From positions 239,689 through 259,688 of the forward strand of contig JBNGIO010006327.1 in the NCBI GenBank assembly GCA_049999805.1: a DNA stretch of 20,000 bases, written 5' to 3'. This DNA is from Folioceros fuciformis (taxonomy: Eukaryota). Both the position numbers and the translations under genes were made by a program. Below the pieces are notes generated by a model. The model was not told the DNA's origin and searched no databases. It was given only the letters and a program-made list of their open reading frames with translations. Positions 7,869 through 18,700 of the stretch are shown here, one piece after another (within the stretch, counting starts at the first letter, position 1; each line of letters starts with the position of its first letter).

Positions 7869-10863
7869 ATGAAAATTCGGCTCACCAGGAAAGGAGATGC
7901 GTTCGCCATATCGAAGCCAGACAGGGTGGAGGATGAGCAGGTGGAGGAGGCCGTGCACTCCTCCGCGGCAGCTGCTGGTGCGGGAACAGGGACAGGAATT
8001 GATCACGACATGGCCAACACGGAGCCTGCAGCGGCCGTGAAGGAGAGGACGCCCGAGGGCGATAACAAGAGGAGGCGCCTCTCTTCGCCGCTCCTCGACG
8101 ATGCCAACGGCAATGGGGACGCAGCCCCGGGGCTGGAACCGGAGGCCAGCAACAGAGGCAAGGACGTGCCGCACGCAATGCCCCCACCGGCGGAACCTGC
8201 CAAGGTTGCGCCCTCGCCGGACCGGGGGAAGGGAGTGCCTCATTCCGGCCCAGCTCCCATGGACCTTTCGCCTGCCAGGACCCCAGCGCCGCCCGGCCAA
8301 GCGCCCCATGAGCCCGTGGAGCCACCACCGGCGGCCACTCCTGCTGTGTTGCCCCCGCTCAAGGCTGCTGCCCCACAGGCGGAGCCGCTGAACCGAGAGT
8401 TGTATCGCATCCCCAGCTATGCAGGTGGGTTTCGCGTCCCCTATTTGGTGTAATTTGTAGCTTGGTGTGGAGCAGAGGGCGAGGGCTGAATTTCGTGGAG
8501 GGTTTCCTGTGCAGCGTGGTTTTCTTGGAACAAGATTCATAGCCTGGAGCGGAGAGCGCTGAGTATTTTCTTTGATGGCAAGTCGGCCTCCAGGACTCCT
8601 AAGATATACAAGGAGTACCGGGATTTTATTATCAACAAGTATAGGGAGAATACCCAGAGAAGGCTCACCTTCACGGAAATTAGGAGGATGCTGATTGGCG
8701 ATGTGAACACGCTGCAGAAGGTTTTTGACTTTCTGGAGCATTGGGGGCTGATCAATAACCAGGTTTCCGCTGACTCCAGAAAACCACCAGCTGTCCCCAT
8801 TGTCGTGGAACCTGGTCCAGCTAGTATGAGAATTGTACAGCCAGACGTTCGAGCGCAGGCGCTGCATCCTGGTGATGCTGGGATGGTTTCTGGGAGTCAC
8901 TCGTCCCCGAGCTTAGCCTCACACAAGGACATTCTTGGTTCTGCAGGAGCCGACAGAGCACCTCCAAAGCACTTCTGTACTGTCTGCAAAGTCGACTGCT
9001 CCAAGGATCGGTATCAACGGCAGGGGCAGGTAGCTTGAGCCTTTCGAAGTCATTCTGCACCATGGTGGTAGTTGCTTCTCCCTTGTCGGGCTGTGCGGTC
9101 TTCATGTCTGGCTGCCTGGACGGTAGATTTTTTGTTTGCCCTGCGGGCGTTGTTATTATGTGGTCTGAGGCTGGTCTCTTACTGGAGGTTGCTTGGGTGC
9201 AGGCCGGCTCTGTTATATGCCCAAGCTGCTTCAAAGCAGAAAAGTTTGGTGCTACCTTGTCAGCCAAGGAGTTCACACAGATAACAGCGGATGCAGATGG
9301 AGGGCCGGCTAAGGAAGAGTGGACTCAGCAAGAGACACTTCTCCTCCTGGAGGGTGTTATGCGCCATGGTGATAATTGGAACCGGGTTAGTGAATATGTT
9401 GGTACCAAGACGAAAGCAGAATGCGTGTCACATTTCATCCGGCTGCCCTTCGGCGATCGTATTCTGGGTGATATTGACACGTTTGGGGATGCCTTTCAAG
9501 TGAAAAGCGATAACCTTGTGAAACCTACAAGTCCAACATCAAATGCGAAGGCAAGAGAACAGAAATCTGCGAAATCAAGTGACGGCAAAGCACCCGTCCA
9601 AGAGGACCTCATTCCCACAGATAATATGTCCTCTCAACCAAAAGCAGATCTATCAGAAGATCTTGTGCATCCGCTTCTAGATGCCAGCAATCCCCTCATT
9701 GCACAGGTGAGGAATGGAGCTGCCTGCTCAGAATTCGTCATCTAAGCGTGATCGCATGTCTGCAGGATGATCTAATGGACCTGATGGGCTGTGTTTTTGC
9801 TAGGTAGCTTTCTTATGTTCTATGGTGGGACCGCGCGTAGGTGCAGCTGCAGCTCAGGCAGCAGTTGCAGCCATCACAGAAGAGGAGGCTGCAATGATAC
9901 CATTTCCTCTGCTAGCATCTCATTCATCTGATGCCCTCTCAGGCCAAGCCAATGGGAACAGGTATGGGCTGTGGTTCGCCGCATGTGCCATTTTTTGACG
10001 AGCGTGATCTCGCAGCGGCTCTCCGTCACATCTGATGGGGAACTGCCGGTATTCTTGCAGTTCCAAGGACGTAGGAGATTTGGATTTGAGACGGAAGGAG
10101 GATCTGGCAACTCAAGGTCGTAAATTCTGCCGTAAATGTCTGCTTCCGGTGTAGAAATCATGGACATGGGACTACGGAGTGAGGAGTGTCTGTGTCCCCA
10201 TATTAGATGTCAGAACACGATTTTTGTGCATTTCTTTGAAGGAGTTGCAGCTGCAGAATTCTGTGCTGAAATTAACGTCGAAGATGGATTGATTTGCAGG
10301 TTTACATGGCGACAAATCATCAGTAGATGGTCAAGACGTCACAGAAAATCCCGGGCTACCAGGCAGGTCACTTTCAGCTGTATCATATCGAGTTGGCATC
10401 ACAACTGCTCTTGCAGGAGCTGCTGCGAATGCACGACTGCTGGCAGATCAAGAAGAGAGGGAGATGGAATCCACTATATCAGACCTGATTGACACTCAGG
10501 TGCAAATTCCTATGCCTTTGTGGTGTTTTCCATCCTTTGGTTGCACAGGAGGAATTGTTGTGGGATTGAATACATCTTTGCATGCTCCAGCTGAAGAAAA
10601 TTCAGGCGAAGTTAGAACATTTCGACGAGCTGGAACTGTTGCTGGAAAAAGAGCGCACTGAGGTTGAAAGAGCCCGCACGCAAGTATACGCAGACCGAAT
10701 ACGGTTTGCTGAATTTCAGTTTGGGTCATCCCGGGTCCCCAACGGTGAGGTGAGGCCCAACGACGGTGTCCATTCCGCTAGGCCTTCACTAACTCCACCG
10801 GTGCCTCAGAGGGCTGGGATGTCCGGTTCCGCCGCCAAGTTAATTCCTACGAGGAAACTGTAG
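7869..10863 (+). CDS. SWI3: SWI/SNF complex subunit SWI3 (SWI3A/B-type; SWIRM, ZZ-like Zn finger, SANT, C-terminal coiled coil), ~753 aa, 7 exons
   Basis: Exons 7869-8424, 8515-9029, 9203-9706, 9804-9961, 10061-10116, 10300-10499 and 10591-10863 join in frame (2262 nt), all introns GT-AG. Motifs: IPSYAAWFSWNKIH..RTPKIYKEYRDFIINKYRE..RRLTFTEIR..GDV..FLEHWGLIN (SWIRM), WTQQETLLLLEG..DNWNRVSEYVGTKTKAECVSHFIRLPFGD (SANT), NPLIAQVAFL, ARLLADQEERE..QLKKIQAKLEHF. The start codon and the small exon 5 are less certain. Confidence 0.93.
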
Positions 10864-11259
10864 AGCAGCTGATGTACATCACGCAGCCTCTGCGTAAGAG
10901 ATGGAACTAGCAAGTGGTCGAGAATTCTCTCACCGGCTTGCGAGGACCCAGCACACCCTTTTCTTAGTGCTGCCCACCTCCTGTTCTTTGCTCGAGGTTT
11001 GTCAATGGTAGGTGTTTTTCAAGGTCATTCAATCTCAAAACTGAGCTGTCACTTCAACCGGAGCCCAAAAAGCCTTAGTGCCAACGAGGACTACCAAATA
11101 ACATGCAACAAAATGTCGATAACGGGATTACTCCGAATTTGAAATAGGTGGCAATATCGACAATCTTGAGTGGTGCTCCCAACCCCGAATAAGAGATTGG
11201 CGAACCAGAATTATCTCTACAACGGGTCGTCCGAATCTGGGGCAGCCGGGCAGTATGAC

Positions 11260-11398
11260 AAAATATCATCTGTCACACAAGCTGCTTCTCAAATGCTGAT
11301 ATATTGCAGATATTCAACCGAAATATCAAGGGTGAGTTCGGCCACAGTATCCCACAAACATCAATGGGGGCGCCCCACGTGGGATCCGATAGGATAGC
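11260..11398 (+). promoter_or_regulatory. Putative light/circadian-responsive promoter of CHLP (G-box, GATA motifs, evening-element-like sites)
   Basis: Palindromic CCCACGTGGG at 11374-11383 is followed by GATAGGATAG, with AAAATATCA at 11260-11268 and AAATATCA at ~11322. These lie 145-270 bp upstream of the ATG of a chlorophyll biosynthesis gene. Short motifs; function inferred. Confidence 0.5.
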
Positions 11399-11528
11399 GT
11401 CTGGAAGCCTGACCACCCCTCAACCCTCTACCTACTACACACCTACCATTCTCCCTATTTCCTGTCGCTCGCAGCTGTGTTTGCTCAGTCCCGAGCGTCT
11501 TTCGGGCTGAACCTCTCCGACCGCAGCC

Positions 11529-13094
11529 ATGGCCGCCGTCCTTCCGCTGCGTTCTGTTGGCATGGCACTCTCTGCTGGATTGGAGTCCTCCAGGAGTCTT
11601 AAATCCGGAGGGGAGGTGTGCCTGGCTGCGCCGGGGCTGGTGCATGTGCAAGCCGGGAAGGTGGCCAATGTCGGTTCTGCCAAGCAGAGGTTGAGGAGCT
11701 TTGACGGCCTCCGCGCTGGCTCCGTCGCGGCCTCAATGTTTGGGAGTGTGGAGAGTCTGCAGAGGAGGAGTGCCTGTGTGGAGGGGGATCGGGTGATTAC
11801 AACGTTCACCGTGTACGCTGGGAAGAGCAGTAAGAAGCTGGATGGGAGAAGACTGCGTGTGGCTGTTATCGGAGGCGGGCCGGGCGGGGGCTGCGCGGCT
11901 GAGACGCTGGCCAAGAACGGGATTGAGACGTTTCTCATCGAGCGGAAGTTGGACAATGCCAAGCCCTGTGGAGGTGCCATTCCGCTATGCATGGTGGGAG
12001 AATTCGATCTGCCGCCTGAAATCATCGACCGCAAGGTGACCAAGATGAAGATGATCTCGCCTTCAAATGTGGCTGTGGACATCGGAAAGACTCTGAATGA
12101 AAACGAGTATATCGGCATGGTGCGGCGAGAGGTGTTAGACTCCTATCTCAGAGACCGGGCGGCCAAACACGGTGCTAATGTGATCAACGGTTTGTTCCTG
12201 AGGATGGAGTTGCCGAAGGATGACATCAGCCCTTACAGGCTGTATTACTCCAAGTACGACGGAATAGCTGGAAAGCAGGGTGAGCCTTGTGTCCTCGAGG
12301 TCGATGCTGTCATCGGTGCTGATGGTGCGAACAGTCGTGTGGCCAAGGAAATTGATGCCGGTGAGTATGACTACGCTATTGCCTTTCAAGAGAGGATTAA
12401 GATTCCTGATGATAAGATGGAGTACTATGAGAACCTGGCTGAGATGTACGTGGGAGACGATGTGTCACCCGACTTTTACGGCTGGGTGTTCCCGAAGTGT
12501 GATCACGTTGCCGTTGGCACTGGCACTGTCGTCAACAAGCCTGCCATCAAGAAGTATCAGACGGCTACGCGTTACAGGGCGAGGGACAAGATCGCCGGGG
12601 GGAAGATCATCCGAGTCGAGGCACATCCTATTCCTGAGCACCCTAGGCCACGCCGTGTGAGAGGGCGGGTTGCTCTCATTGGAGATGCTGCTGGGTATGT
12701 GACTAAATGCTCTGGTGAGGGCATCTACTTTGCTGCCAAGTCTGGCCGCATGTGCGCTGAGGCAATAGTGGTAGGCTCTGGGAGCGGCGAAAGGTTGATC
12801 AATGAGGCGGACCTGCGAGTCTACCTTGACAAGTGGGACAGGACTTATTGGCCAACGTACAAGGTTTTGGATATTCTTCAGAAGGTGTTCTACAGGTCCA
12901 ACCCCGCGAGGGAGGCTTTCGTCGAAATGTGTGCAGATGACTATGTGCAGAAGATGACCTTCGACAGTTACCTGTACAAGACCGTCGTTCCCGGGAACCC
13001 CATCGATGACATCAAGCTGGCATTCAACACCATTGCCAGTCTCGTGAGAGCGAATGCACTGAGGAAAACGGCGAAGTTGCCAGTTATTAGGTGA
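11529..13094 (+). CDS. CHLP: Geranylgeranyl diphosphate reductase, chloroplastic (521 aa, no CDS intron)
   Basis: Single ORF with RLRVAVIGGGPGGGCAAETLA (FAD-binding), ERKLDNAKPCGGAIPLCMVGEFDLP, EMYVGDDVSPDFYGWVFPKCDH and GDAAGYVTKCSGEGIYFAAKSGR. A ~100-aa Ser/Ala/Arg-rich transit-peptide-like region precedes the domain. Confidence 0.98.
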   Translation: MAAVLPLRSVGMALSAGLESSRSLKSGGEVCLAAPGLVHVQAGKVANVGSAKQRLRSFDGLRAGSVAASMFGSVESLQRRSACVEGDRVITTFTVYAGKSSKKLDGRRLRVAVIGGGPGGGCAAETLAKNGIETFLIERKLDNAKPCGGAIPLCMVGEFDLPPEIIDRKVTKMKMISPSNVAVDIGKTLNENEYIGMVRREVLDSYLRDRAAKHGANVINGLFLRMELPKDDISPYRLYYSKYDGIAGKQGEPCVLEVDAVIGADGANSRVAKEIDAGEYDYAIAFQERIKIPDDKMEYYENLAEMYVGDDVSPDFYGWVFPKCDHVAVGTGTVVNKPAIKKYQTATRYRARDKIAGGKIIRVEAHPIPEHPRPRRVRGRVALIGDAAGYVTKCSGEGIYFAAKSGRMCAEAIVVGSGSGERLINEADLRVYLDKWDRTYWPTYKVLDILQKVFYRSNPAREAFVEMCADDYVQKMTFDSYLYKTVVPGNPIDDIKLAFNTIASLVRANALRKTAKLPVIR

Positions 13095-14310
13095 ATGGTC
13101 GGAGGGATGTGACGCCCTTAACACTGGTCGCATGTGGACAGGGGGCTTTTTTTGTGCGCTGTGATTCTCATCTTGAGGAGCAGGCAGGTTGTTCAGGTTT
13201 TACTATCTTTGTTGTTACGAGCCAACACCTAAGCTAGTGCAACCTGATCTTCCCGCAGGCTTGCTACACCTTCCAGATCTCCTTCTGGTTTAACCAGTCG
13301 TAGTCTGAGCTGCACGCTTTTGCTCTCATACCCGGCAGGTGGATCTCAACTAGGAATTACTTGTCAGCCCACTTGTAAACCTGAGGTCTAAAAAAATAAT
13401 CATCTGTTTTACTGACCAAGTGCATAGGTAACACTTGATCTTCCGGAGGTGTTTTCTATACGATTCGTAGTGCTCTTCGTGGACGCGAGAGTGTAAAAAA
13501 ACGCACTAGCATCATAGTAACTAAAGACAACCGCAGCGCACCATGATCTGAGCTACTTCTAGTTTGAACTCTCGCGGCGCAAGATGATGGGACTAACTAT
13601 CTTGGAAAGAGGAAACTCCTTACACATCTGCGAACTTGTCGTAACCGGAAGAAGAGGGCAATCAACACACGAAGCTACAACTATGTTGCAGATTGAAAGG
13701 AAAAATCCTGTACCTGTTACGAAACTCGTATCCTGGTAGTTGCCTTCGAGTACCACGCGGACCCGTGGCCTGGGGTTGTGAATTGCTACATGCAGTTCTC
13801 TTCGAGGGAAAACGCTAGATGTACTAAAAAATGGACAAAAGACTGTTCCGCGCGACAATTTTGGAAATGGGAGACCTTGAAAGTCCTTTACCGAGAGTGG
13901 AGAATTCGGATTGTAGAGCGTAGAACCCCCAAATCACTGGAAGAACAAGAACTTGAAAGGTGGTTGCCAACTTAAGGGCTACGATGTCCTACGACGGAGA
14001 CGAAGTAGCCCTCACTCAGGAACACTGGTCCCTGTCAGAGTTGAGAATGTGGAACTGCTGAACACTTGGCCTGCCATTCTCCTTCATCTCGAATTAAGAG
14101 TCCTACTTCCGAAACCCCGTCGACCTAAATGGTTCCACGAGAAGGAGAGCAAACATGACGTAATTATGGTCATATGACCCAGCAATGACAGCCTTGCATG
14201 ATCGACACTGCTAACAGCCTCTCCCATCCTCGTTGAGCGCAACAAGGCAGCAGACAAAATGGCGGAGCCACAAAGCCCTCGCTCCAGTCCGACTGAAGCA
14301 GAACTCGGGG

Positions 14311-15033
14311 TCAGTTCTCCCTGTGCAGAAAGCCACTCCACAAACTGGCAGCCTCCTCGCGTGTTCTAGCATTAGTGACAACTGTCACGTTAACCCCCCG
14401 AATCTGGTCAAACATCTCAATATGGTTAAGGATCTCCGGGAACAAGCGCAGCAATTGCGAGCCCACCCTCAGTTGGACACAGTGACTCTGTATGTTAGAA
14501 GAGTAGTCGTGAAAGGACGTGACCGACACAAGCTTCTCCAGAAAATTGTACATCAGATCCCCCCGCAAGGTGGTGCGAGCCACAGGGATAACCTTCCTCG
14601 GATTCCGCTTCGGCTCATACTTGCTCCGCCGAACTTTCAATGCAGGATCCTTGCTCTTGATAGGCAGGAACTTCTGGCCGCACACCACTTCCAAAGCCAC
14701 TCGGGCAGCCTTCTCCGAATCCAGAGGAGCCCTGGGCACCACCACCACTGCCGTCACCCGGGGCACCTCCATGACGTTATTGTAGTCGAATTTCGCCAGC
14801 AGGTCATTCCTCAGCACATTTTCATAGTGGAACCGCAATCTGTTCGGAGGAAAAAGGGCAACTTCTGGTGCAACAGTCCCGGCTGCAGGGACCGTCTCAG
14901 AGGCGCTAGCAAACCCCCTGATCGCCCAAGATTTCCGCCACGGCAGTCTGCCAGACACAAGTACCCTGCTCCCTAGATCCACCAGATACCGCCCCATCCT
15001 CGATGCAACCCAGCCGCATCGCGCAGACGACAT
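14311..15033 (-). CDS. RPL5: Nuclear-encoded mitochondrial ribosomal protein L5 (uL5m) with N-terminal presequence, 240 aa, no CDS intron
   Basis: RLRFHYENVLRNDLLAKFDYNNVMEVP..ALEVVCGQK..TLRGDLMYNFLEKL..LLRLFPEILNHIEMFDQIRGVNVTVVTNA..LWSGFL matches land-plant mitochondrial rpl5. First ATG at 15033 (the ORF-track start at 15042 is TTG; a second ATG is at 14997). The Arg/Ser-rich leader has an RGF|AS R-3-type cleavage motif. Confidence 0.93.
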   Translation of the reverse strand: MSSARCGWVASRMGRYLVDLGSRVLVSGRLPWRKSWAIRGFASASETVPAAGTVAPEVALFPPNRLRFHYENVLRNDLLAKFDYNNVMEVPRVTAVVVVPRAPLDSEKAARVALEVVCGQKFLPIKSKDPALKVRRSKYEPKRNPRKVIPVARTTLRGDLMYNFLEKLVSVTSFHDYSSNIQSHCVQLRVGSQLLRLFPEILNHIEMFDQIRGVNVTVVTNARTREEAASLWSGFLHREN

Positions 15034-15077
15034 TGCGGGCAACTAGTAAGCGTTCCAGCTGCTGGCTCTCAACCAGA

Positions 15078-15086
15078 TTAGGGTTT
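15078..15086 (-). promoter_or_regulatory. Telo-box (AAACCCTAA) upstream of RPL5
   Basis: Plus-strand ttagggttt at 15078-15086 is AAACCCTAA on the minus strand, 45 nt upstream of the RPL5 ATG. Telo-boxes are characteristic of plant nuclear ribosomal-protein genes. Confidence 0.6.
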
Positions 15087-15703
15087 AAAGAGTCAGATGG
15101 CTGGTTGCTCAAATCGGACACGAAGGAATTCGCTTCGAAGCTCCGATCGCAAGCTGTTCCAAGGCTGCTTGGTTTCAGAGAAAACATCTCAATGCGCAAC
15201 CGATCTTTTTGTTGCTGATGGCACGAAATGTATCTCTCCGTGCCGACTAACTAAAAGTCAGTATGAATAAGTCAGGAAGGCGGACATAATGTGGGAAACC
15301 TCGCAGCAGAGGTTCAATCGACTTCCCGCCCATTCCTCGCAAATATGATCTGGCCACTTCTCGGATCGAATTCGTCTAGGGTTAGAATCTGTGCAAATCC
15401 AGGACGTCGGACTGCAGCTGGACAGTGCCAGTCTCGGTTGGAAGAATGTGCGCAGTAAAGAGCAGTCCCTTGTCCTTGGGTCTTGGTTTGTTCCAGTCCC
15501 GCGACGAGAGCTTGAGAATAGGAGGGGTTGTCAACAAGGCACGGATTCCTGTTCTGGCTGGTGACTGCATCTGCCGTGAGTTTTAAGTTCGCTTCCCTTT
15601 GAGTTGTGCTCCAGCTCGTATGCTGAATTTGAAGGAGCTGGCCAGGTAAATGTTGAAATGCTACTGACTTTAATGTCGCTTGGTGGGCAGGGTGAGTGGC
15701 GGC

Positions 15704-18700
15704 ATGGCTCAGTTAGTGCGTGAGAAAGCTCTTAGGGAGATGCGTGCCGTGATAGGGCCTGATGCCTCGGAGAAGCATATGCTCCATTCCCTCTACTTAG
15801 CAAGGGACGATGTGTTGTCGGCTATTAACATATACTTCGATACTCCGCAAGGAGAAGCTATTGCTAGACCAGTCCCTGTGGTCAAGAGGCCTCCACTCGC
15901 ACCAGCACCGGTACCGGTACCGAGAGCACACGCAGCTAGCCAAAAACGGAACTTGCAAGTTCCGCCTGAAGTGAGTGTCATCAGGGGATCCCAGGTGGGG
16001 GCCCCTCCTGTAGTCAGGGCTGTGCAAGCTAGAGGGCAAGTTCCTTCGCGGCCTGTTCAGGTGGTGGCTCCAGTCAGCATGCCTGAGGTGGTGGGTGCTG
16101 AGGTTGTGGCTCCCGCCAGCAGGCCTGAGGTGGTGGATGCTGACATTGTGTATCCAGTCAGCAGGCCTGAGGTGGAGGGTGCTGAGGTTGTGGCTCCCGT
16201 CAGCAGGCCTGAGGTGGAGGGTGCTGAGGTTGTGGCTCCAGTCAGCAGTCCTGAGATGGAGGGTGCTGAGGTTGTGGCTCCAATCAGCCGGCCTGATGTT
16301 TCTTTGTCTCCTCGATTGTCAGAGGACAAAGTGCCTTCCTCACAACAGCAATCGGAGGATGTTCAGCTTATGGGGAAGCAGGTGATTACAGGTGTTACCG
16401 ATGTTCCCGCTCAAATCTCACGAAAGGTGATTCCCAATTTGGCTAAAAGCATACTGCGGATTGATCTGGAATCAAGACCCGTGGGATCCCAACCATTGGA
16501 AAAAGTGCCAAGTGCGTGGTTGTTGCTTGGCCAAACTGAGGTAGCTGGGATTTCAACATGTAGAGGAATAAGAGTAAAGAGAGGAGATCCTATAATCTTT
16601 ACGTACCCAAAGAAGCCGAATGCCTCCAGTGACGGAAAACGTCCTTTGGGCAGACCAAAGGAATCTGCAGGGGCTGGAATCGTACGTTTTGAATCCCCCA
16701 TTCATGGAGAGGTCAGTCTAAAATCTTGGACCAGATATGAACTTGTGAGAATGAGTGCTATGTAGACCTTGCTCACGTGATACTCTGTTGCAGGTTGGTC
16801 GTCTTCCTAGGGATTGGGCAGCCTGTGTCATTCCCTTGGTCCATCAGAATAGAGTCAAGCTCGTAGGAAGGTGCAGGAGTGCTCCTGTTTTACTGAACAT
16901 TATGTCCACTATCTATATTGATATCCGGTAAATTTTATGGCTGTAATCTTAACATTAGCCGCAAGTACATTTCGAACTGTCCTCTCTTTTCATTTGTTGT
17001 GCTTTTCCTGCAGAGTGTACATAAATCGCAACTTTTTTTCAAAGTTTGACAGTTTGTGGAGGAGTCTCACTTCTGTCAACACTGAAGCAACAACAAACCT
17101 CCCTCTGCCATCCCTTCTGTCATTTCTTGGGCGTAAACCGTCTCAGAAGGTGGGTGTTTAAGTTTGCTGGATTTGACTTGTGTTTTGTATCTGAGAGGCA
17201 TATGACAGTCTCAAAGCTCTTGTTCCTGTTTGGTAGGCAGAATTCACACCACAGGATTTGCTCTCTCGAAAGCGCTCCCTAGAGTCTGATAAGCAAATTC
17301 TTCAGGTATTTCTTTTGGCCTGTCTCAATGCACGTCATTATCTGCATATGGGCGTTTGGCGCTCCCACCACAACGACATGGATGTGTCATGAACAGGGAA
17401 GTAGCTCATTTACTGCAGAAAAACGGCGTAAGCTCGCAACAGGTGTTCCTACAAGTGAAGGTGGAGTCGAAGAGATTTCAGATAATGAAATCAGTGATCT
17501 TGTTGGTGCAACTGATAACTCGGAAATGCAGGTGCTGTTTCCAATGCAAGATAGTTTGTTATACGCACTGCTGCCAGGCAATGTAGCTCTTCAACACGTT
17601 AGGTCGTTGCCCATTAATAAGCTGCATACATATCTGATCGGGCTTGTTAGCAGGAGATGGAGCCCTCCAATGCCATGCTTTGCTCTCTATGGCCCTACCA
17701 GAAACAGGCACTCTGGTGGATGACCAGCAGAGAAACTGGAGCCGCTTCTGAGCAGGCTGCGGAGACATTACATCCTTGTTGGGAATCCTATTCTTTGGCT
17801 GAGACGTAGACTCCTTTTCCTTACTGTCTGAAACTAAGATCTTGATACTTCAGATATTGTCACATAGTGAGAACGGATATTCAAGGTTTAGTGGTTGTCT
17901 GCAGGGAAGTGTCTGTATTCTATCTCAATGTCTTCACAGGAGAGGCAACTCTGGACTTCCCCAGTGCAAAACAAACAGCCAAAGGAGGGGTAAATGCCAT
18001 TTTATTTGCTCAGCTCATCTGCAGCCTTCACACGGACACAGGAACCTGTTGTAGCACAGCCATCTTACATCATTCGTTGTTGTTCAACAGATTCTTGCAG
18101 ATGCTATGGGTTTGGGGAAAACTGTGATGACCATCTCTCTGATAGTTACCAATCCTGGACGAGGTGGCCTGAATGATGAAGGTTACTCGAAGGAGCTTGA
18201 TGATCCTGGAGAACGCGTTCAACCAAACACAGCAACGACCTCAGGACAGAGAACCGAGAAGGGTGGGGGTACTTTGATTGTATGTCCCATGTCCCTGCTT
18301 GCGCAGTGGAAGGCAAGTCCATAACGCCAAACTGGGTACATTTGCTGTCTGTTAGCAATTTAACACACTCGTTGACTAGTTTTGTGAATTTGATTTTGGG
18401 CAGCATGAGTTCGAAACACATGTCACTCCTGGTCATTTGAAAGTGTATACACATTATGGTGGTGAACGAAGAAGAGTGCTGAAGGACCTTCTGGAGTATG
18501 ACATTGTGTTAACCACATACAGCACCCTACAGTCAGAGCATTCGGTACATTCTTGGAACCTTGGATATGAAGTTCAGTGCCATTGTCCATCAGGTGTCGA
18601 GACCTCCCTGTAATCTTGATACCTTCGAGTTTTTGACAGAGATCTCCTGACGGAAGCCCTATCCAATCTGTGCACTGGTTCCGTGTGGTTCTAGATGAAG

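Noticed and set aside
7809-8900. 363-aa minus-strand ORF
   Set aside because: Antisense shadow of the GC-rich SWI3 exons 1-2; no domain signal.
11435-13133. 227-aa and 222-aa minus-strand ORFs
   Set aside because: Antisense shadows of CHLP, explained by codon bias.
13468-13510. Weak hairpin followed by CTAG, like a Helitron 3' end
   Set aside because: Imperfect stem, atypical spacing, and CTAG is not followed by T.
13559-14341. Short ORFs between CHLP and RPL5
   Set aside because: No homology or coherent exon chain; probably convergent 3' UTR or intergenic sequence.
14233-14976. 247-aa plus-strand ORF
   Set aside because: Antisense shadow of RPL5, with a TTG start and no recognisable motif.
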